A DNA stretch of 64,000 bases, from NCBI GenBank assembly GCA_963814585.1, contig CAWFDF010000008.1:320001-384000 (forward strand). Direction: 5' to 3'. The translations under genes were made by a program, and so were the position numbers. This DNA is from an uncultured delta proteobacterium. Its GTDB lineage: Bacteria; Myxococcota; Myxococcia; Myxococcales; Anaeromyxobacteraceae. The notes beneath the pieces were generated by a model. It ran no database searches. It saw only the letters and a program-made list of their open reading frames with translations, and had not been told where the DNA came from. Shown piece by piece: positions 31,238-41,791 of the stretch. The stretch's first letter is position 1. Every line of letters starts with the position of its first letter.

Positions 31238-32326
31238 ATGGCCCTCCGCACGCCGCTGTACGCCGCTCACCTCCGCCACGGCGCGCGCATGGTGGAGTTC
31301 GCCGGGTGGGACATGCCGGTCCAGTACGCCGGACTCATCGAGGAACACGAGGCGGTGCGCAACGCCGTCGGGCTCTTCGACGTCTCGCACATGGGCGAGG
31401 TGGTCTTCCGCGGCCCCGGGGCGCTGCCGGCGCTGCAGGCCATCTTCACCAACGACCTCGCCACGGTGGCCGATGGACAGGCGCAGTACGGCTGCCTCTG
31501 CCGGGAGACCGGCGGCATCGTGGACGACGTGGTGGTCTACCGCCGCTCGGCCGAGGACCTGCTGGTCTGCGTCAACGCTGCCAACCGGCAGAAGGACTTC
31601 GACTGGCTGGCGGCCCACGCGGTGGGCGCCGACGTCCGCAACGAGTCGGAGGCCTGGGGGCAGGTGGCGCTGCAGGGGCCGAAGGCCCTGGCGGTGCTGC
31701 GCCGGCTCACGCCCATCGACCTCGACGCCATCAAGACCTACCGTCACGCGCCGGGCGCGGTGGCTGGCATCACCTGCCTGGTGGCCCGGACCGGCTACAC
31801 CGGCGAGGACGGCTTCGAGCTCTTCTGCCCGGCCGGGCAGGCCGAGCGGCTCTGGGAGGCGCTCCTCGACGCCGGCCGGCCCGAGGGGATCCAGCCGGCC
31901 GGCCTGGGCTGCCGCGACACGCTCCGGCTGGAGATGGCCTACCGTCTCTACGGCTCGGACATGGACGACGACACCACCCCGCTGGAGGCCGGCCTGGCCT
32001 GGGTGGTCAAGTTCGGCAAGGGCGACTTCATCGGCCGCGCGGCGCTCCAGCGCCAGAAGGAGGCGGGGCTCTCTCGCAAGCTGGTCGGCTTCCAGCTCAC
32101 CGAGCCCGGCATCGCCCGCCACGGCCACCGGGTGGTGCGCGACGGCCAGCCGGTCGGCGTGGTCACCAGCGGCACCCGCTCGCCGACACTGAAGACGTCG
32201 ATCGGCCTGGCCTACGTGCCCCCCGCGCTGGCCGCCGAGGGCTCGGCGCTGGCCGTCGAGATCCGAGGCAAGGCCGTGGCCGCCACCGTCGTGAAGACGC
32301 CCTTCCTTTCCCGCACCAGCCGCTGA
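31238..32326 (+). CDS. gcvT: Glycine cleavage system aminomethyltransferase T
   Basis: RTPLY, FAGWDMPVQY, LFDVSHMG, RTGYTGEDGFE, RDTLRLE. Confidence 0.97.
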   Translation: MALRTPLYAAHLRHGARMVEFAGWDMPVQYAGLIEEHEAVRNAVGLFDVSHMGEVVFRGPGALPALQAIFTNDLATVADGQAQYGCLCRETGGIVDDVVVYRRSAEDLLVCVNAANRQKDFDWLAAHAVGADVRNESEAWGQVALQGPKALAVLRRLTPIDLDAIKTYRHAPGAVAGITCLVARTGYTGEDGFELFCPAGQAERLWEALLDAGRPEGIQPAGLGCRDTLRLEMAYRLYGSDMDDDTTPLEAGLAWVVKFGKGDFIGRAALQRQKEAGLSRKLVGFQLTEPGIARHGHRVVRDGQPVGVVTSGTRSPTLKTSIGLAYVPPALAAEGSALAVEIRGKAVAATVVKTPFLSRTSR

Positions 32327-32338
32327 CCAGGAGAGACC

Positions 32339-32725
32339 ATGAACATCCCCGACGACCTCAAGTACACCAAGGACCACGAGTGGGCTCGCCAGAAGGGGAC
32401 CAAGGTCCTGGTCGGCATCACCGACTTCGCCCAGGACGCGCTCGGCGACGTGGTCTTCGTCGAGCTCCCCGCGGTCGGCGACGAGGTGAAGCGGGGGGAG
32501 TCCTTCGGCGTGGTCGAGTCGACCAAGGCCGTCTCGGAGCTCTTCGCGCCGGTCTCCGGCAAGGTGGTCGAGGTCAACGACCCCCTGGTGGAGGCCCCCG
32601 AGACCATCAACGAGGATCCCTACGAGGAGGGCTGGATGATCGCCATCGAGCCCTCCGATCCCAAGGAGCTGGCCGGCCTCCTCGACGCCGCGGCCTACAA
32701 GGCCCACGTCGACGAGCAGGGCTGA
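32339..32725 (+). CDS. gcvH: Glycine cleavage system H protein
   Basis: YTKDHEW, GITDFAQ..LGDVVFV, VESTKAVSE (lipoyl Lys). Confidence 0.98.
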   Translation: MNIPDDLKYTKDHEWARQKGTKVLVGITDFAQDALGDVVFVELPAVGDEVKRGESFGVVESTKAVSELFAPVSGKVVEVNDPLVEAPETINEDPYEEGWMIAIEPSDPKELAGLLDAAAYKAHVDEQG

Positions 32726-32773
32726 CCCACACCCTCCCCCCGTCGCGGCGCGGCGCGCCGCCGAGGAGCTCCG

Positions 32774-34108
32774 TTGCGCTACCATCCACACACGCCCGAC
32801 GACGTCCGCGCCATGCTGGACGCGATCGGGCAGAAGTCGGTCTCCGACCTCTTCCGCTCCATCCCCGCCCCGCTCCGGCTCCGGCGCCCGCTCCAGGTCC
32901 CTCCGGCGCTGGACGAGATCTCGCTGTTCGGCGAGCTGGGCCGGATGGCGGCCCGCAACGTGGTCAGCCATCCGCCCTTCGTCGGCGCCGGCTCCTACCC
33001 GCACCACGTCCCACCCACCGTGGACCAGCTGCTGCTGCGCGGCGAGTTCTTCACCGCCTACACGCCGTACCAGCCGGAGATCGCCCAGGGCACCCTGCAG
33101 GCCCTCTTCGAGTGGCAGACCTTCGTCTGCCTGCTCACCGGCCTCGACGTCTCCAACGCCTCGCTCTACGACGGGGCCACCGCCACCGCCGAGGCGGCCC
33201 TCATGGCCACGCGGGTGACCGACCGCCCCAGGGTGGTGGTCTCGGCCGCGGTCCACCCCGCCTATCGCGCCACGCTCGCCACCTACCTGGCGTCCACCGG
33301 CGACGAGATCGTCACCGTCCCGTTCGGCGACGACGGCCGCACCGACCTGGCCGCGCTGAAGCGCGCCGCCGAGGGGGCCGCGGCCGTGATCATCGGGTGG
33401 CCCAACGCGCTCGGCGTCATCGACGCCCTCCCCGAGGCGGCCGCCATCGCCAGGGCGGCCGGCGCCCTCACCGTGGCGGTCACCGCCGAGGCGGTCTCGC
33501 TCGGCCTGCTCCAGGCCCCAGGCGCGCTCGGCGCCGACGTCGCCGTCGGCAGCTTCCAGAGCTTCGGCAACGCCATGGGCTTCGGGGGCCCGGCCCCGGG
33601 CTTCTTCGCCATCCGCGAGAAGTTCGTTCGCCAGATGCCGGGGCGCGTCTGCGGGGCCACCGTGGACAAGCACGGGCGGCGCGGCTTCGTGCTCACGCTC
33701 TCCACCCGCGAGCAGCACATCCGGCGCGAGAAGGCCACCTCCAACATCTGCACCAACGCCGGGCTCTGCGCGCTGGCCTCCACCATGCACCTGTCGCTGC
33801 TGGGGAAGAGGGGGCTGGCGGACCTGGCCCGGCTGAACCACGAGCGGGCCCGGCTGCTTCGCCACGAGCTGGGCCAGGTCGGCGTGAGGCCGGTCTTCGC
33901 CGGGCCGTTCTTCAACGAGCAGGCCTTCGACGTCGGCGACGCCGAGGCGGTGGTGGCGAGGCTGGCGAAGCGCGGGATCGCCGCGGGCCTGCCGCTGGCG
34001 CGCTGGTACCCCGACCACCCCAGGGCCAGGGGGGCGCTGCTCTGCGTCGCCACCGAGCTCCACACCCCCGAGCTGATCCAGCTCTTCGCCAAGGCGGTGA
34101 AGCCGTGA
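32774..34108 (+). CDS. gcvPA: Glycine dehydrogenase (decarboxylating) subunit 1
   Basis: [41 protein letters not shown] start. Confidence 0.97.
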   Translation: MRYHPHTPDDVRAMLDAIGQKSVSDLFRSIPAPLRLRRPLQVPPALDEISLFGELGRMAARNVVSHPPFVGAGSYPHHVPPTVDQLLLRGEFFTAYTPYQPEIAQGTLQALFEWQTFVCLLTGLDVSNASLYDGATATAEAALMATRVTDRPRVVVSAAVHPAYRATLATYLASTGDEIVTVPFGDDGRTDLAALKRAAEGAAAVIIGWPNALGVIDALPEAAAIARAAGALTVAVTAEAVSLGLLQAPGALGADVAVGSFQSFGNAMGFGGPAPGFFAIREKFVRQMPGRVCGATVDKHGRRGFVLTLSTREQHIRREKATSNICTNAGLCALASTMHLSLLGKRGLADLARLNHERARLLRHELGQVGVRPVFAGPFFNEQAFDVGDAEAVVARLAKRGIAAGLPLARWYPDHPRARGALLCVATELHTPELIQLFAKAVKP

Positions 34109-35664
34109 GCAACCAGTCCGGGTGGAAGCCCAGCATGGAGCCGTCGGCCGCGGCCACGGCGGTGGACGTCCCCGGCCTCGGCGGCGCGGTGAGCGGCCTG
34201 GTCCACGAGGAGCCGCTGGTCTTCGAGCACGGCTCGAAGGGGCGCTGCGGCGTCTCCCTCCCCGCCCCGGCGGCCGGCGCCGACGACGACCTGCCGGCGG
34301 CGCTGGTGCGCGCGGCGGTCGATGGCCTCCCCGAGCTCTCCGAGCTGGAGGTGGTCCGGCACTTCACCCGCATGTCGGTCTGGAACCACGGCATCGACAC
34401 CGGGTTCTACCCGCTCGGCTCCTGCACCATGAAGTACAACCCGAAGTCGAGCGAGGCGCTGGCGCGCCTGCCCGGCTTCGCCGGGCTCCACCCGCTGGCC
34501 CCGGCCGAGCACGCCCAGGGGTCGCTCGAGCTGATGTACGCGCTGGAGCGGGCCCTCTCCGAGATCGCCGGGATGGACGTGACCACGCTCCACCCGGCCG
34601 CCGGCGCTCACGGCGAGCTGTGCGGCATGATGGTGATCCGCGCCTGGCACGTGGCCCACGGCAAGCCGCGGAAGAAGGTGCTCATCCCAGACACCGCCCA
34701 CGGCACCAACCCGGCCTCGGCGGCCCTCAACGGCTACTCCTGCGTCCAGCTGGCCAGCGGCGCCGACGGTCGGCTCCACCCCGACTCGGTGGCGGCGGCG
34801 ATGGACGATGACGTCGCGGCCATCATGATCACCAACCCCAACACGCTCGGGGTCTTCGAGAGCGACATCGCCGAGATCGCCCGGATCGTGCACGCCCGGG
34901 GGGGCCTGGTCTACGGCGACGGCGCCAACATGAACGCCCTGCTGGGCAACGCCCGCCCTGGCGACATGGGCTTCGACGTCATCCAGTACAACCTGCACAA
35001 GACCTTCGCCACGCCCCACGGCGGGGGCGGCCCCGGCTCCGGCCCGGTGTCGGTCAAGGCCGGCCTGGCGCCGTTCCTGCCGCTCCCGGTGGTGGTCAAG
35101 GAGGGCGAGTCCTACCGGCTGGTGACCGATCCGAAGGAGCGGCCGCAGACCATCGGCCGCATCCACGGGTTCCACGGGAACTTCGGCATGATGGTGCGGG
35201 CCTGGGCCTACCTGCGCGAGCTGGGTCCGGACGGGCTCAAGGCCACCTCCGATCTCGCCGTGCTCAACGCCAACTACGTCCGGAGCGCGCTCCAGGGGGA
35301 CTACCACCTCCCCTACCAGACCGACTCCCTCCACGAGGTGGTCTTCGACGACACGGCGCAGAAGGACACCGGCGTCATCACCATGGACATCGCCAAGCGG
35401 CTCATCGACTACGGCTTCCACCCCCCCACCATCTACTTCCCGCTGGTGGTCCACGGCGCCATCATGATCGAGCCCACCGAGTCGGAGTCGAAGGAGACCA
35501 TCGACGCCTTCGTCGCCGCCATGAAGTCGATCGCCGAGGAGGCCAGGCGGGATCCCGAGACGCTCAAGGCCTCGCCCCGGAAGCCGGTCCGCGCCCGCCT
35601 CGACGAGACCCGCGCCGCCCGCAAGCCGGTGCTGCGCTGGACGCCGGGGATGAAGGTCGAGTAG
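34105..35664 (+). CDS. gcvPB: Glycine dehydrogenase (decarboxylating) subunit 2
   Basis: [36 protein letters not shown] (PLP Lys), [14 protein letters not shown] overlaps the gcvPA stop. Confidence 0.97.
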   Translation: MSNQSGWKPSMEPSAAATAVDVPGLGGAVSGLVHEEPLVFEHGSKGRCGVSLPAPAAGADDDLPAALVRAAVDGLPELSELEVVRHFTRMSVWNHGIDTGFYPLGSCTMKYNPKSSEALARLPGFAGLHPLAPAEHAQGSLELMYALERALSEIAGMDVTTLHPAAGAHGELCGMMVIRAWHVAHGKPRKKVLIPDTAHGTNPASAALNGYSCVQLASGADGRLHPDSVAAAMDDDVAAIMITNPNTLGVFESDIAEIARIVHARGGLVYGDGANMNALLGNARPGDMGFDVIQYNLHKTFATPHGGGGPGSGPVSVKAGLAPFLPLPVVVKEGESYRLVTDPKERPQTIGRIHGFHGNFGMMVRAWAYLRELGPDGLKATSDLAVLNANYVRSALQGDYHLPYQTDSLHEVVFDDTAQKDTGVITMDIAKRLIDYGFHPPTIYFPLVVHGAIMIEPTESESKETIDAFVAAMKSIAEEARRDPETLKASPRKPVRARLDETRAARKPVLRWTPGMKVE

Positions 35665-35685
35665 GCGCCGACGCCCGATCGTGCT

Positions 35686-35854
35686 GGCGCCGGCTTCTGG
35701 TGACGCCAGCACAAGATGCGACAGGTACTCCTGCACACGAAGCGGCTCGCGTTCCGTCATGGACGCGAGCCGATCCGGTGACAGATCCTTGGCCAGCGTC
35801 ACTGGTCCCAGAAGCTCCTCACGTCTTGCGGCGGCGCCACCAGAAACCGGCGCC
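35686..35854. repeat. 169-bp REPIN/MITE-like element: 36-bp imperfect inverted arms around a central hairpin
   Basis: 35686-35721 versus the reverse complement of 35819-35854: 29 of 36 identical by manual alignment; central 10-bp stem CGGCTCGCGT/ACGCGAGCCG (35743-35772). Confidence 0.6.
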
Positions 35855-36859
35855 GTCGCGACTGGGCGCCAACCTTCTCCACATCATCAGCACGCCGAGC
35901 ACCAGCAGCAGCGCCGCCGCCAGCGCGATGGGGTGGCCCGGCGTCTCCCGCACCCGCAGCAGGACGGCCGGGGCCAGCGAGGACTCGACCAGGAGGAGCG
36001 GCCGGCCGGTCCGGAGCGGCACCAGCTCGCCCGGCGCCATCCAGCGGGTCGGAGCTCCGCCCCCGGCCGGCTCCGCGCGCACCAGCGCCGCGAGCCGGCC
36101 GCGCGGCCGGGCGAAGCCCAGCACCTCGACCCGCTCCCCGCCGAGCACGCACCCCTGCTCCTGGGAGAGCGCGCAGGTCTCCTCGCCCGAGGCGAGCCGC
36201 GCCACCGGCACCTGCCCGAACTCGGAGAGCAGCGCCAGCCGGCCGCCCCAGCCGGCGGAGAGCGGCTGGTTGTAGCCGACCACGGTCGCCTCGACCCGGC
36301 CGGCCCCGTCGCGCAGCTCGATCGCGGCGCGCACCTCCCGCGGCATGCCGTTGGGCAGCTCCTCCACGGCGAACGACGCCAGCCTGGCCTCCCCGAACCC
36401 GGGAAGCGGCTGCCACCCCTCGGCCACCAGGTGGGAGCCACCCTCCCGGGAGAGGAAGCCGCCGGCCAGGTGGGCCAGCAGCGCCACCAGGAAGGCCAGG
36501 TGCAGCACCGCGGCGGCGTAGGCGCGCGGCACGCGGAGCCCGGCCCGCCACCGGGTCGTGACCGTCTCCCAGGTGGCCAGCAGCGTGTTGAGCGCGTAGA
36601 GCGCCGCCACCGGCACCAGCGCGTAGAGCCAGAGGTGGGCGAGATGGGGGCGCTCGAAGAAGGCGCCCAGGTCGTCGAGGCCGATGCCGGCCGAGGCGCC
36701 CTCGCGGGTGACCGCCATCACCACCGAGCCGATGGCCAGGAGGAGCACGGTGGCGAGGCCGCAGCAGACCCCTAGCCCCTGCGAGCGGAGCCACGCCCAG
36801 CGGCCGGGGCGCGCGGCCGGGGGCAGACCGAGCCCGACGAGCCCGTCAGCCGAAGGCAT
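35819..36859 (-). CDS. ResB/CcsB-like cytochrome c biogenesis membrane protein
   Basis: Three N-terminal TM helices with a His in the third (AVLHLAFLVALLAH), a periplasmic domain, and a C-terminal RETPG + TM; directly follows ccsA. Confidence 0.65.
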   Translation of the reverse strand: MPSADGLVGLGLPPAARPGRWAWLRSQGLGVCCGLATVLLLAIGSVVMAVTREGASAGIGLDDLGAFFERPHLAHLWLYALVPVAALYALNTLLATWETVTTRWRAGLRVPRAYAAAVLHLAFLVALLAHLAGGFLSREGGSHLVAEGWQPLPGFGEARLASFAVEELPNGMPREVRAAIELRDGAGRVEATVVGYNQPLSAGWGGRLALLSEFGQVPVARLASGEETCALSQEQGCVLGGERVEVLGFARPRGRLAALVRAEPAGGGAPTRWMAPGELVPLRTGRPLLLVESSLAPAVLLRVRETPGHPIALAAALLLVLGVLMMWRRLAPSRDGAGFWWRRRKT

Positions 36860-37628
36860 GGCTCGACCGCCCGAAGAAGAAGGAGGTGCCCACGTAGGCC
36901 ACGACCACCAGCCCCAGGCCGACGATGGCCAGGGCCGGCCGGACCCATGGCCGCGACGCCAGCGACGGCGTCAACCGCACGTGCACGGAGGTCGAGGCGT
37001 GGAACCAGAGGATGACCGACCAGACCACCTTGGGGTCCCAGAGGAACCAGGCGCCCCACGCCACCACGCCCCAGACGCCGCCGCAGACCATGGAGAGCGA
37101 CCAGAGGGCGAAGCCCCAGAGCGCGAGCCGATCGATGAGCGCCAGCCAGTCACCGCCCCGATCCCCGAACCAGGCCACGCCGGCGGCGGCGGCCGCGGTC
37201 CAGGTCCCGTAGGCCAGGAAGGAGAGCGGCACGTGGAGCGGGTACCAGACCGTCCGCATCAGCGGCGGCGGCCAGTGGAGCCCCTGCGGGAGGAGCAGGG
37301 CCGTGCCCATGGCGGCGCCCAGGACCGCCAGCAGCGGCAGCAGGTAGGCCCGCGCCGGCCGGAAGGCGACGACGCCGACCAGCGCCACCGCCAGCGCCGC
37401 GGCGGCGAAGGACTCCGTCTTGTTGGTGAGCGGCAGGAACCCGATGAGCAGCCCGCGCCAGAGCGACCAGGCCAGGTGGAGCGCGGCCCCGAGCGCCAGC
37501 GGCTGGCGGGCCCAGCGCGGCCGGACCACGGCGGCCAGCGTCGCCAGCAGGTAGCAGGCGGCGGCGCCCTGCAGCAGCAGCGCCAGCGCCGGCGGCGCCG
37601 GCGGCCCCATCGCGCCCGGAGGGCCCAT
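36846..37628 (-). CDS. ccsA: Cytochrome c biogenesis protein CcsA/ResC (system II heme lyase)
   Basis: WWD motif GGVWGVVAWGAWFLWDPKVVW, WYPLHV, multiple TM helices. Confidence 0.88.
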   Translation of the reverse strand: MGPPGAMGPPAPPALALLLQGAAACYLLATLAAVVRPRWARQPLALGAALHLAWSLWRGLLIGFLPLTNKTESFAAAALAVALVGVVAFRPARAYLLPLLAVLGAAMGTALLLPQGLHWPPPLMRTVWYPLHVPLSFLAYGTWTAAAAAGVAWFGDRGGDWLALIDRLALWGFALWSLSMVCGGVWGVVAWGAWFLWDPKVVWSVILWFHASTSVHVRLTPSLASRPWVRPALAIVGLGLVVVAYVGTSFFFGRSSHAFG

Positions 37629-38104
37629 CACCGCTTCAGCTGCTCCGCGACGAAGGCCTCGCGCTCGGCGTCGTGGTCCGCCACCTGCCGATCATACTGG
37701 CCGTGGAAGAGCGGCGCGGCCACCAGGAAGTCGGCGGTGGCCCGGTTGCACGCGGTGGGGATGTTGTAGAGGACCGCCAGGCGCAGCAGCGCCTTGACGT
37801 CCGGATCGTGCGGCTGCGGCTCGAGCGGATCCCAGAAGAAGATCAGCACGTCGATGGTCCCCTCCGAGATGCGGGCACCCACCTGCTGATCGCCTCCCAG
37901 CGGGCCCGAGCGGAACCGCTCCACCGGCAGGCCGGTCCTGGCCGCCACCAGCGCCCCGGTGGTGCCGGTGGCGCAGAGGTGGTGCTCCTTGAGGACCGGG
38001 CGGTTGTAGGCCACCCAGGCGAGCAGGTCGGCCTTGCGCCGGTCATGCGCGATGAGCGCCACCCGCTTGCGAGCCGGCATGGCCAGCCGGACGACGTCGC
38101 TCAT
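37628..38104 (-). CDS. mgsA: Methylglyoxal synthase
   Basis: [39 protein letters not shown]. Confidence 0.97.
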   Translation of the reverse strand: MSDVVRLAMPARKRVALIAHDRRKADLLAWVAYNRPVLKEHHLCATGTTGALVAARTGLPVERFRSGPLGGDQQVGARISEGTIDVLIFFWDPLEPQPHDPDVKALLRLAVLYNIPTACNRATADFLVAAPLFHGQYDRQVADHDAEREAFVAEQLKR

Positions 38105-38135
38105 CCCCGGCTCCCCTCGCCCCGGCCGGCCGGAC

Positions 38136-39296
38136 TCAGGGGCCACCTCGGAAGATCTGGAACCCGCCCCGGCCGACCTCCAGGTAGAAGCCGAAGGTGA
38201 AGCGGATCTCCCCGTTCGGCTCGACGATGCCGGGCGGCGGGTTGGCGAAGGGCTGCGCCCGCTTGAAGGCCTCGATGGTGGTCTTGTCGAGGAAGTCCAT
38301 GCCGCTGGTCTTCTTCACCACCACGTCCTTGAGGGCGCCGCTCGGATCGAGCGTCACGGAGAGGAGCGTGTAGCGATCGCGGTTGCCGAACATCGACCGA
38401 TCCGGATCGCGCTGGTCGAGGGCACGCTGCGGATTCCAGGTGGACGAGACCGCCTGCTTGATCCGGTTGAAGTAGGTCGCGTACTTCCACTCGCGGGTGT
38501 TGAGGAAGGTGCCGTCCCCATCCTCGACCCCGTCGAGCCGGTCCGGCGAGCCGCCGCCCGCCAGCCGCGCCAGCGTCTCCGGGGCCAGCGCCAGCCGCGG
38601 GTCGTACTGGCCTGGCCGGCGCTGCCCGCCCTCGCCACCGCCCGCGGCCCCCGTGGCGCGGTCGGGCTGCTGCGTCACCTTGGGGTCCCACGGGAGGGTC
38701 GGGATCTCCCCACCGGGAACCGGAGGCGGGCGCTCGCCGGCGGGGGCGGGCCGGTTCCTGGCCACCTGCCGGTTCTCACCGGCGCGGGCGCCGACGCGCC
38801 CCTCGACGAGCCTCTCCGACTTCCCATCCTGGCCGCCCTGGGCCTTGCTGACCGCCGCGCCCTGCCCCGCCGGTCCCGGAGGCGCCGCCGGCGCGCCCGG
38901 GCCGCGGAAGCGGGACCGGGTCTCCTTGTCGACCGAGTTGTCGCGGTCCGAGACGTACCTGGTGTCCTTGGGCGGCCTGGCGTTGGAGCTGGCGGTCTCG
39001 ACCACCTGCCCGGGGAACTTGCGCTGCTCCTCCGGCGACACCTCGGGAGGCGCCCGGGGAGACGCCACCGCCTTCGGATCCCGGACGGTCCGGTTGGCGT
39101 TCCAGTCCGAGGCGCTGAGCGCCGCCATGTCGATGGGGCGCACCTGCTTGACCGGTCCGAGCCCGAGCGAACCCGGATCGATCCTGGTCACCAGCAGCCA
39201 GTTGGCGAGCAGCGAGATGACCAGCGCCAGGGTGGCCCGGAGTCCAGGGCGATCCCGGCGCTTCCGGCGACGGAGGGTGGGTCCGAGGTGGGTCAT
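38136..39296 (-). CDS. TonB-family energy transducer (TonB C-terminal domain protein)
   Basis: N-terminal TM ([10 protein letters not shown]), Pro/Gly-rich linker, [25 protein letters not shown]. Confidence 0.8.
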   Translation of the reverse strand: MTHLGPTLRRRKRRDRPGLRATLALVISLLANWLLVTRIDPGSLGLGPVKQVRPIDMAALSASDWNANRTVRDPKAVASPRAPPEVSPEEQRKFPGQVVETASSNARPPKDTRYVSDRDNSVDKETRSRFRGPGAPAAPPGPAGQGAAVSKAQGGQDGKSERLVEGRVGARAGENRQVARNRPAPAGERPPPVPGGEIPTLPWDPKVTQQPDRATGAAGGGEGGQRRPGQYDPRLALAPETLARLAGGGSPDRLDGVEDGDGTFLNTREWKYATYFNRIKQAVSSTWNPQRALDQRDPDRSMFGNRDRYTLLSVTLDPSGALKDVVVKKTSGMDFLDKTTIEAFKRAQPFANPPPGIVEPNGEIRFTFGFYLEVGRGGFQIFRGGP

Positions 39297-39394
39297 CGCG
39301 CCTGCTGAATCCTAACAGGAAACCGTCCCCGCGCCTTCCCTCGGAGGGGCGCATTGCCCACCGCCCCGTCCGCGGCTAGACCACTGAGCTGACG

Positions 39395-41410
39395 ATGGAT
39401 TCCCCCCTCGACCCCGAACAGGGCCCCACCGGCGCGTCGGGGCCGGACCGTCTCCCCCGGCCCGCGCTCTTCGGCCTGGTCGCGGCCGCGCTGCTGATGG
39501 TCGCCTGGATCGCCCTCCACGCCGCCGTCGACCGTCCCGTGGTCCGCGCCAGGATCCAGGCGCGCGCGCAGGAGCTGCTCCGGGCGAGGCTGGGGCCGGT
39601 GGAGCTGGCCCGGACCGTCGAGATCGACTGGGCGTTCCGCGTCTGGCTGGGGCCACTTCGAGTCCCGTCGACGACCCCTGGCGCCGAGCCACTGCTCGTC
39701 ATCGAACGGCTCAGGGTGCGCGCCAGCCTGCTGGCCGCCCTGGCCGGCCGCCTGGAGCCAGCCTCGGCCAGGCTCTACGGGGTCAGGCTCTCGCCGGGCG
39801 AGCGCGGCCGGGAGGTGGACGCGGCCGTGGCGAGGTGGCGGTCGCGTGCGGCCACTTCCGGTTCCCAGGCTCCGCCGAGCCGGGCCGGCACGCCGGTGAT
39901 CCTGGTGAGGGGCCTGAGCGTGGCCGTCCCGTGGCGGGGCAGGTCCATCGTCCTCGGCCCCGTGGACGGGCGGCTGCGCCGCCTGGCCGCCGGGGACGAG
40001 GAGCGGATCGAGCTCGACGCCTGGCTCCCGGGTGGGAGCCACGCCGAGGCGCGCCTTCGCCGGACCCCGGGCCCGGAGCCCGGGTGGGAGTTCCGGATCT
40101 CGGCGACGCTGGGCGTGGCGGACCTCCCGGCGGCCCATCCCGGGGGCCTGGAGGCCCCCACTGGAAGCCTGTCACTCGAGGTGAATGGATTGGCCAGCGA
40201 CGCGGGGGCCACGGCCACCGTCCGCGGCGACCTGACCCGGCTCCGGCTGCGCGGGCCGCGGCTCGGCTCGGAGATCGTCGGCCCGCTGGAGGCGCGCGGC
40301 GAGGCGGAGATTCGCTGGACCAGGGCGACCCGGCGACTCGAGGTCCGGCGGGGCTGGCTCGAGCCGGCCGGGCCGCTGCGACTCGAGGCCGACGGGGCCC
40401 TCTCGCTGGGCGCCGAGCCCTCCTTCACGCTCTCGGTCCTCGTCCCCCCGGTCGACTTCCGAGCCCTGGTCGCGGCCCTTCCCGCCGCGCTGGCCCCGCC
40501 GCGACAGGCCCCCCGTCCGCCCGGCCGGCTGGGCGGCTCGCTGAAGCTCTCGGGGCCGCTGACCCCGCTGGTGGGCTGGACCGTCCTGGCGGGGCTCGAT
40601 CTCTCCGGCCTGCGCGCCGCCGCCCGCGCCGGGCCGCCCAGCCCGCTCCTCACGGCCTTCGTGACCCATCCCGATGGCGAGGACGGTGCCGCGGTCCGGC
40701 TCGGCCCGCCCAGCCCGTCCTTCGTCCCCATCGCCGAGCTGCCCGAGTTCGTGGTCCGCGCCGTCACCACCGCCGAGGACGCCGGCTTCTTCGTCCATCA
40801 GGGCTTCGACTTCGCCGAGCTGCTCGACGCGCTGTCCGCCGGCGCGCAGGCCGGCCGCGTGGTGCGCGGCGGGTCCACCATCTCGCAGCAGCTGGCCAAG
40901 AACCTCTACCTGTCTCGCGACCGGACGCTGGCGCGCAAGGTGCGCGAGGCGCTGGTGACGGTGGGGCTCGAGGCCAGCCTCCCCAAGGCCAGGCTCCTGG
41001 AGATCTACCTGAACCTGATCGAGTGGGGCCCTGGCGTTCACGGGATCGGCCCGGCCGCCCGCCACTACTTCGCCGTCGATCCGCGCCAGCTCACGCCGCG
41101 CCAGGCCTGCTTCCTCGCCGCCGTCATCCCCGGCCCGTCCCGCTCCCATCGCCTGGTCACGGCCGGGCTGGGCGAACAGGCCTACCGGACGCGCGTGGAC
41201 GACCTGCTGCTCCGGCTCAACGGCTACCAGGTGATCTCCGACGAGGAGCTGCAGCGGGCGCTGGAGGAGCCGCTGCACTTCGCCTTCGGGGCGGCGCCGG
41301 GTGGTGCGCTCGCGGACGGTCCGGTGGCCGCCCCCGAGGACGACGAGCGGAACGCCGGAGAGGAGCCCGTCACGGTCCCGGACGGGCCTCGTCCCCCCGA
41401 CGCCGAGTGA
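39395..41410 (+). CDS. Monofunctional peptidoglycan transglycosylase (GT51) with long N-terminal extension
   Basis: AEDAGFFVHQGFD, GGSTISQQLAKNL, RKVRE, LEIYLNLIEWG, AARHYF; no transpeptidase domain. Confidence 0.88.
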   Translation: MDSPLDPEQGPTGASGPDRLPRPALFGLVAAALLMVAWIALHAAVDRPVVRARIQARAQELLRARLGPVELARTVEIDWAFRVWLGPLRVPSTTPGAEPLLVIERLRVRASLLAALAGRLEPASARLYGVRLSPGERGREVDAAVARWRSRAATSGSQAPPSRAGTPVILVRGLSVAVPWRGRSIVLGPVDGRLRRLAAGDEERIELDAWLPGGSHAEARLRRTPGPEPGWEFRISATLGVADLPAAHPGGLEAPTGSLSLEVNGLASDAGATATVRGDLTRLRLRGPRLGSEIVGPLEARGEAEIRWTRATRRLEVRRGWLEPAGPLRLEADGALSLGAEPSFTLSVLVPPVDFRALVAALPAALAPPRQAPRPPGRLGGSLKLSGPLTPLVGWTVLAGLDLSGLRAAARAGPPSPLLTAFVTHPDGEDGAAVRLGPPSPSFVPIAELPEFVVRAVTTAEDAGFFVHQGFDFAELLDALSAGAQAGRVVRGGSTISQQLAKNLYLSRDRTLARKVREALVTVGLEASLPKARLLEIYLNLIEWGPGVHGIGPAARHYFAVDPRQLTPRQACFLAAVIPGPSRSHRLVTAGLGEQAYRTRVDDLLLRLNGYQVISDEELQRALEEPLHFAFGAAPGGALADGPVAAPEDDERNAGEEPVTVPDGPRPPDAE

Positions 41411-41494
41411 CGCCGGCGGAGCCGCCGCCCGGGTCGTCGCGACCCCCGGCTGGGCGCTCACGTCCGGAGCGCCCGGGGGTGGCCCTGCCCCTGG

Positions 41495-41791
41495 CTACGC
41501 CGGGGGCGGCCCGCCTCCCTCCACCGGGCGCGGCTCCTCGGGCGCCGGTGGCTCCTCCGGAGCGGGAGGCTCCTCATAGGGCATGTAGGACCCGCCGCTC
41601 GACTGGAGGTCGAGCGCCACCGCGAGCAGGAACAGCACCAGGGCGAAGATGGCGATGCCCTGCCCGATGCTCATGGCGAGCACGAGGATCAGCGGGTGCG
41701 GGAAGATGACCGTGGAGGCCATGAAGACCATGGCGACCATGGTCCCGATCACCGAGAAGAAGACCAGCTTCTTGGCCATCTGGTGCTTCAC
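41495..41791 (-). CDS. Small two-TM membrane protein coupled to the tetraheme cytochrome
   Basis: GTG overlaps the cytochrome stop; two hydrophobic helices then an EEPPAP-repeat tail. Confidence 0.7.
   Translation of the reverse strand: MKHQMAKKLVFFSVIGTMVAMVFMASTVIFPHPLILVLAMSIGQGIAIFALVLFLLAVALDLQSSGGSYMPYEEPPAPEEPPAPEEPRPVEGGGPPPA

Noticed and set aside
31139..31238. Glycine riboswitch before gcvT
   Set aside because: The gap is under 100 bp, holds a promoter 42 nt from the ATG, and lacks the GGAGA..CCGAAG aptamer core.
31063..35664. 1533-aa ORF suggesting a giant gcv fusion
   Set aside because: Only the part from 34105 is GcvPB; upstream it runs off-frame over gcvT, gcvH and gcvPA, which have their own starts and stops.
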